DNA from: an uncultured Spirochaetota bacterium | GTDB taxonomy: Bacteria > Spirochaetota > Spirochaetia > SZUA-6 > Fen-1364 | Direction of reading: 5' to 3' | Assembly (NCBI GenBank): GCA_963734545.1 | Contig: CAVTHO010000001.1 | Location: 1 to 64,000 of the forward strand | DNA length: 64,000 nt | Shown here: piece after piece, positions 61,962-64,000 of the stretch | Numbering within the stretch: the first letter of the stretch is position 1 | Layout: each line of letters starts with the position of its first letter | The notes under the pieces: generated by a model | Told to the model about the DNA's origin: nothing | What the model saw: only the letters and a program-made list of their open reading frames with translations | Databases searched by the model: none | Position numbers and translations under genes: made by a program

Positions 61962-62310
61962 GCCCGTCATCCTCGTGGTCGAGGACGAGGATTCCATACG
62001 CCTCACGCTCCGCGACTACTTGAAAAAGAAGGGGCACGAGGTGATCGTGGCCTCCGACGGGGTCGGTGCCATCAAGCAGATCCTCGATCATCCCGTCGAC
62101 CTCGTCGTGACCGACTACCGGATGGATATCCTCGGGGGCGACTATTGGATACGGTTCCTGCGGGAGTTCTGCACGAACAAGAAAGTCATCATCACCAGCG
62201 GCTTCCTGCAGCCTGAGTTCCCCATCCCGTTTCCCGTCGTGTACAAACCGTACGACTATGCCGAGCTGGAGGCGATGATCCGCACCACGCTCGCGGGGAG
62301 TGGGGCCTGA
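61951..62310 (+). CDS. Single-domain response regulator
   Basis: LVVEDE, VTDYRM, SG, KP. Confidence 0.85.
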   Translation: MSDKPVILVVEDEDSIRLTLRDYLKKKGHEVIVASDGVGAIKQILDHPVDLVVTDYRMDILGGDYWIRFLREFCTNKKVIITSGFLQPEFPIPFPVVYKPYDYAELEAMIRTTLAGSGA

Positions 62311-62320
62311 GCGCTGGCCC

Positions 62321-62626
62321 ATGGCGGAGAACAGGGCCGCCCCGGGCGGCGAACAGCGGGCCTTCCGGGCGCTCGTGATCGGTCGCGTGCAGGGAGTCGG
62401 TTTCAGGTACTCGGCCATCCACGAAGCGCGAAGGCTTGGAATCAAGGGCACAGTCTCCAACCAGCCGGATGGCAGCGTCGAGGTCGTGGCTGAAGGAGAG
62501 GCGGACAGGCTTGCCCGGCTCGTCTCCTGGCTCCGCAAAGGCCCTCCCGGCGCTCACGTGCGTGACCTTCAAATCCAGTGGATGCCCTTCACCGGCCGGT
62601 ACACCGACTTCGAAGTCGAGTTCTGA
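62321..62626 (+). CDS. acyP: Acylphosphatase
   Basis: GRVQGVGFR, NQPDGSVEVVAEG. Confidence 0.92.
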   Translation: MAENRAAPGGEQRAFRALVIGRVQGVGFRYSAIHEARRLGIKGTVSNQPDGSVEVVAEGEADRLARLVSWLRKGPPGAHVRDLQIQWMPFTGRYTDFEVEF

Positions 62627-62743
62627 TACATGGTGCCGCGTTCACGCGGAACGCGTGCTCCGCGCGGCTTGCCCGCTGCTACTTGCACTCGCCCCGTGGT
62701 TCTGGTAGAAGGAGCGCAGCCCGGGGACATGAGGAGAAGGTGA

Positions 62744-64000
62744 ATGTGCGGAATATTCGGCTACGCGGGACCCGATGCGAACCCTGAGGTCCTGATCGAA
62801 GGCATCAAGAGACTCGAGTATCGGGGCTACGACTCCTGGGGCGTCTGCGTCGCGTTCAACGATCAGCTCTCCATGCTTCGGCGGGTGGGGAGAATCGGCG
62901 GGGTGGACGGCGGCGCGCTGGGCCTTGGGTCTCACGGGTCCGCCGGCGCGGGAATCGCCCATACACGCTGGGCCACACACGGCGCGCCGACCGAGGCCAA
63001 CGCGCATCCTCACGTCGACTGCTCGGGGAAGATAGCCGTCATCCACAACGGCATCATCGAAAACCATTCCGCCCTGCGCACCAAGCTCATCGCGCAGGGG
63101 CATCGATTCATCAGTGAAACGGACACGGAGGTCATCCCGCACCTCATCGAGGAGCTCCTGAAGACGGAGCCCACGTTTTCCGCGGCGTTTCTTGCCGCCA
63201 TGAAGCTCCTGGTCGGGGCCTACGGCATTGCCACCCTGTGGGCGGGAGAGCCCGGCTCGGTCCACGTGGCGCGGCACGGCAGCCCCATCGTCCTCGGCCT
63301 GGGGAAGAACAAGACGCTCGTGGCGAGCGACCCGGCGCCGCTCGTGGCCCACACGCGCGAGGTGATCTACCTGGACGACGGTGAAGCCGCCATCCTGCAT
63401 TCCGACGGGTTCGAGACCAGGACCCTGGAGGGCGCGCCTGTCAGCAAGCGCGTGCAGCAGATCGCCTTCAGCCTTCCCGACGTCGAAAGGGGCGGATTTC
63501 CCCATTTCATGCTCAAGGAGATCTCCGAGCAGCCCGAATCGATTCACAACGCCTTCCGCGGCAGGATCGTGCGCTCCGAAGGCACCGCCAAGCTGGGGGG
63601 CGTCGAAGAGGCAGTGCTGCGAAAGACGAAGCGCTGCCATATCGTTGCCTGCGGCACGTCATGGAACGCGGGCCTGATCGGAAAGTACCTGCTGGAGAAC
63701 CTCGCGCGCATCCCCACGCAGGTGACCTTCGGGGCCGAGTTCCGCTATTCGCACCCTGTCCTCGAACCGGACACCATGGTGATTGCCGTCAGTCAGTCCG
63801 GGGAGACCGCGGACACCCTTGCCGGTGTGCGCGAGGCCAAGCTCGCCGGCGCGGAGACCATCGGTATCTGCAACGTGGTCGGATCGAGCATCGCCCGGGA
63901 GTGCGGCAAAGGCATCTATATTCATGCCGGCCCCGAGATCGGCGTCGCCTCCACCAAGGCGTTCACGAGCCAGCTCGTGGTCCTGAGCCTCCTGGCGGTG
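62744..64000 (+). CDS. glmS: Glutamine-fructose-6-phosphate transaminase (runs off the window; missing from the ORF track)
   Basis: MCGIFG, RLEYRGYDS, AHTRWATHG, HFMLKEI, SQSGETAD, GPEIGVASTKAFTSQ. Confidence 0.95.
   Translation, partial: MCGIFGYAGPDANPEVLIEGIKRLEYRGYDSWGVCVAFNDQLSMLRRVGRIGGVDGGALGLGSHGSAGAGIAHTRWATHGAPTEANAHPHVDCSGKIAVIHNGIIENHSALRTKLIAQGHRFISETDTEVIPHLIEELLKTEPTFSAAFLAAMKLLVGAYGIATLWAGEPGSVHVARHGSPIVLGLGKNKTLVASDPAPLVAHTREVIYLDDGEAAILHSDGFETRTLEGAPVSKRVQQIAFSLPDVERGGFPHFMLKEISEQPESIHNAFRGRIVRSEGTAKLGGVEEAVLRKTKRCHIVACGTSWNAGLIGKYLLENLARIPTQVTFGAEFRYSHPVLEPDTMVIAVSQSGETADTLAGVREAKLAGAETIGICNVVGSSIARECGKGIYIHAGPEIGVASTKAFTSQLVVLSLLAV

Noticed and set aside
62627-62743. glmS ribozyme
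   Set aside because: The region is short and lacks the AGCGCC...GACGAGG...AUCGAA core; a cmsearch with the Rfam glmS model would settle it

Overview
GC-rich bacterial window, most likely from a Spirochaetia genome. This is an inference from the gene orders lolA-rodZ-rimO and small membrane protein-rplM-rpsI-recX and from the archaeal-type pyrH. 1-19 kb is a rearranged carbohydrate island: a YesM/YesN-type two-component pair, a two-domain sugar-binding lipoprotein, and intact plus broken copies of YtfQ/YtfR/YtfT/YjfF-like (galactofuranose-type) ABC operons. Each of two operons is headed by a paralog of an unannotated secreted protein behind a conserved 33-bp site. The island contains remnants of three mobile-element types and ends in an unannotated enzyme-like gene plus a small Zn-ribbon gene. 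19-40 kb holds a GH35 beta-galactosidase with a second YesM/N pair and an LplABC-type transporter, a sensor kinase/PP2C/PIG-L operon, a candidate small RNA, and an SBP-kinase-sigma54 activator controlling another ABC transporter. 40-64 kb is mostly housekeeping (acnA, pyrH, serA, lolA, rimO, UvrD/PcrA, folE2, rplM, rpsI, recX, partial glmS). Many genes, including housekeeping ones, carry single-base frameshifts that are probably sequencing or assembly errors. No rRNA, tRNA or CRISPR array was seen.
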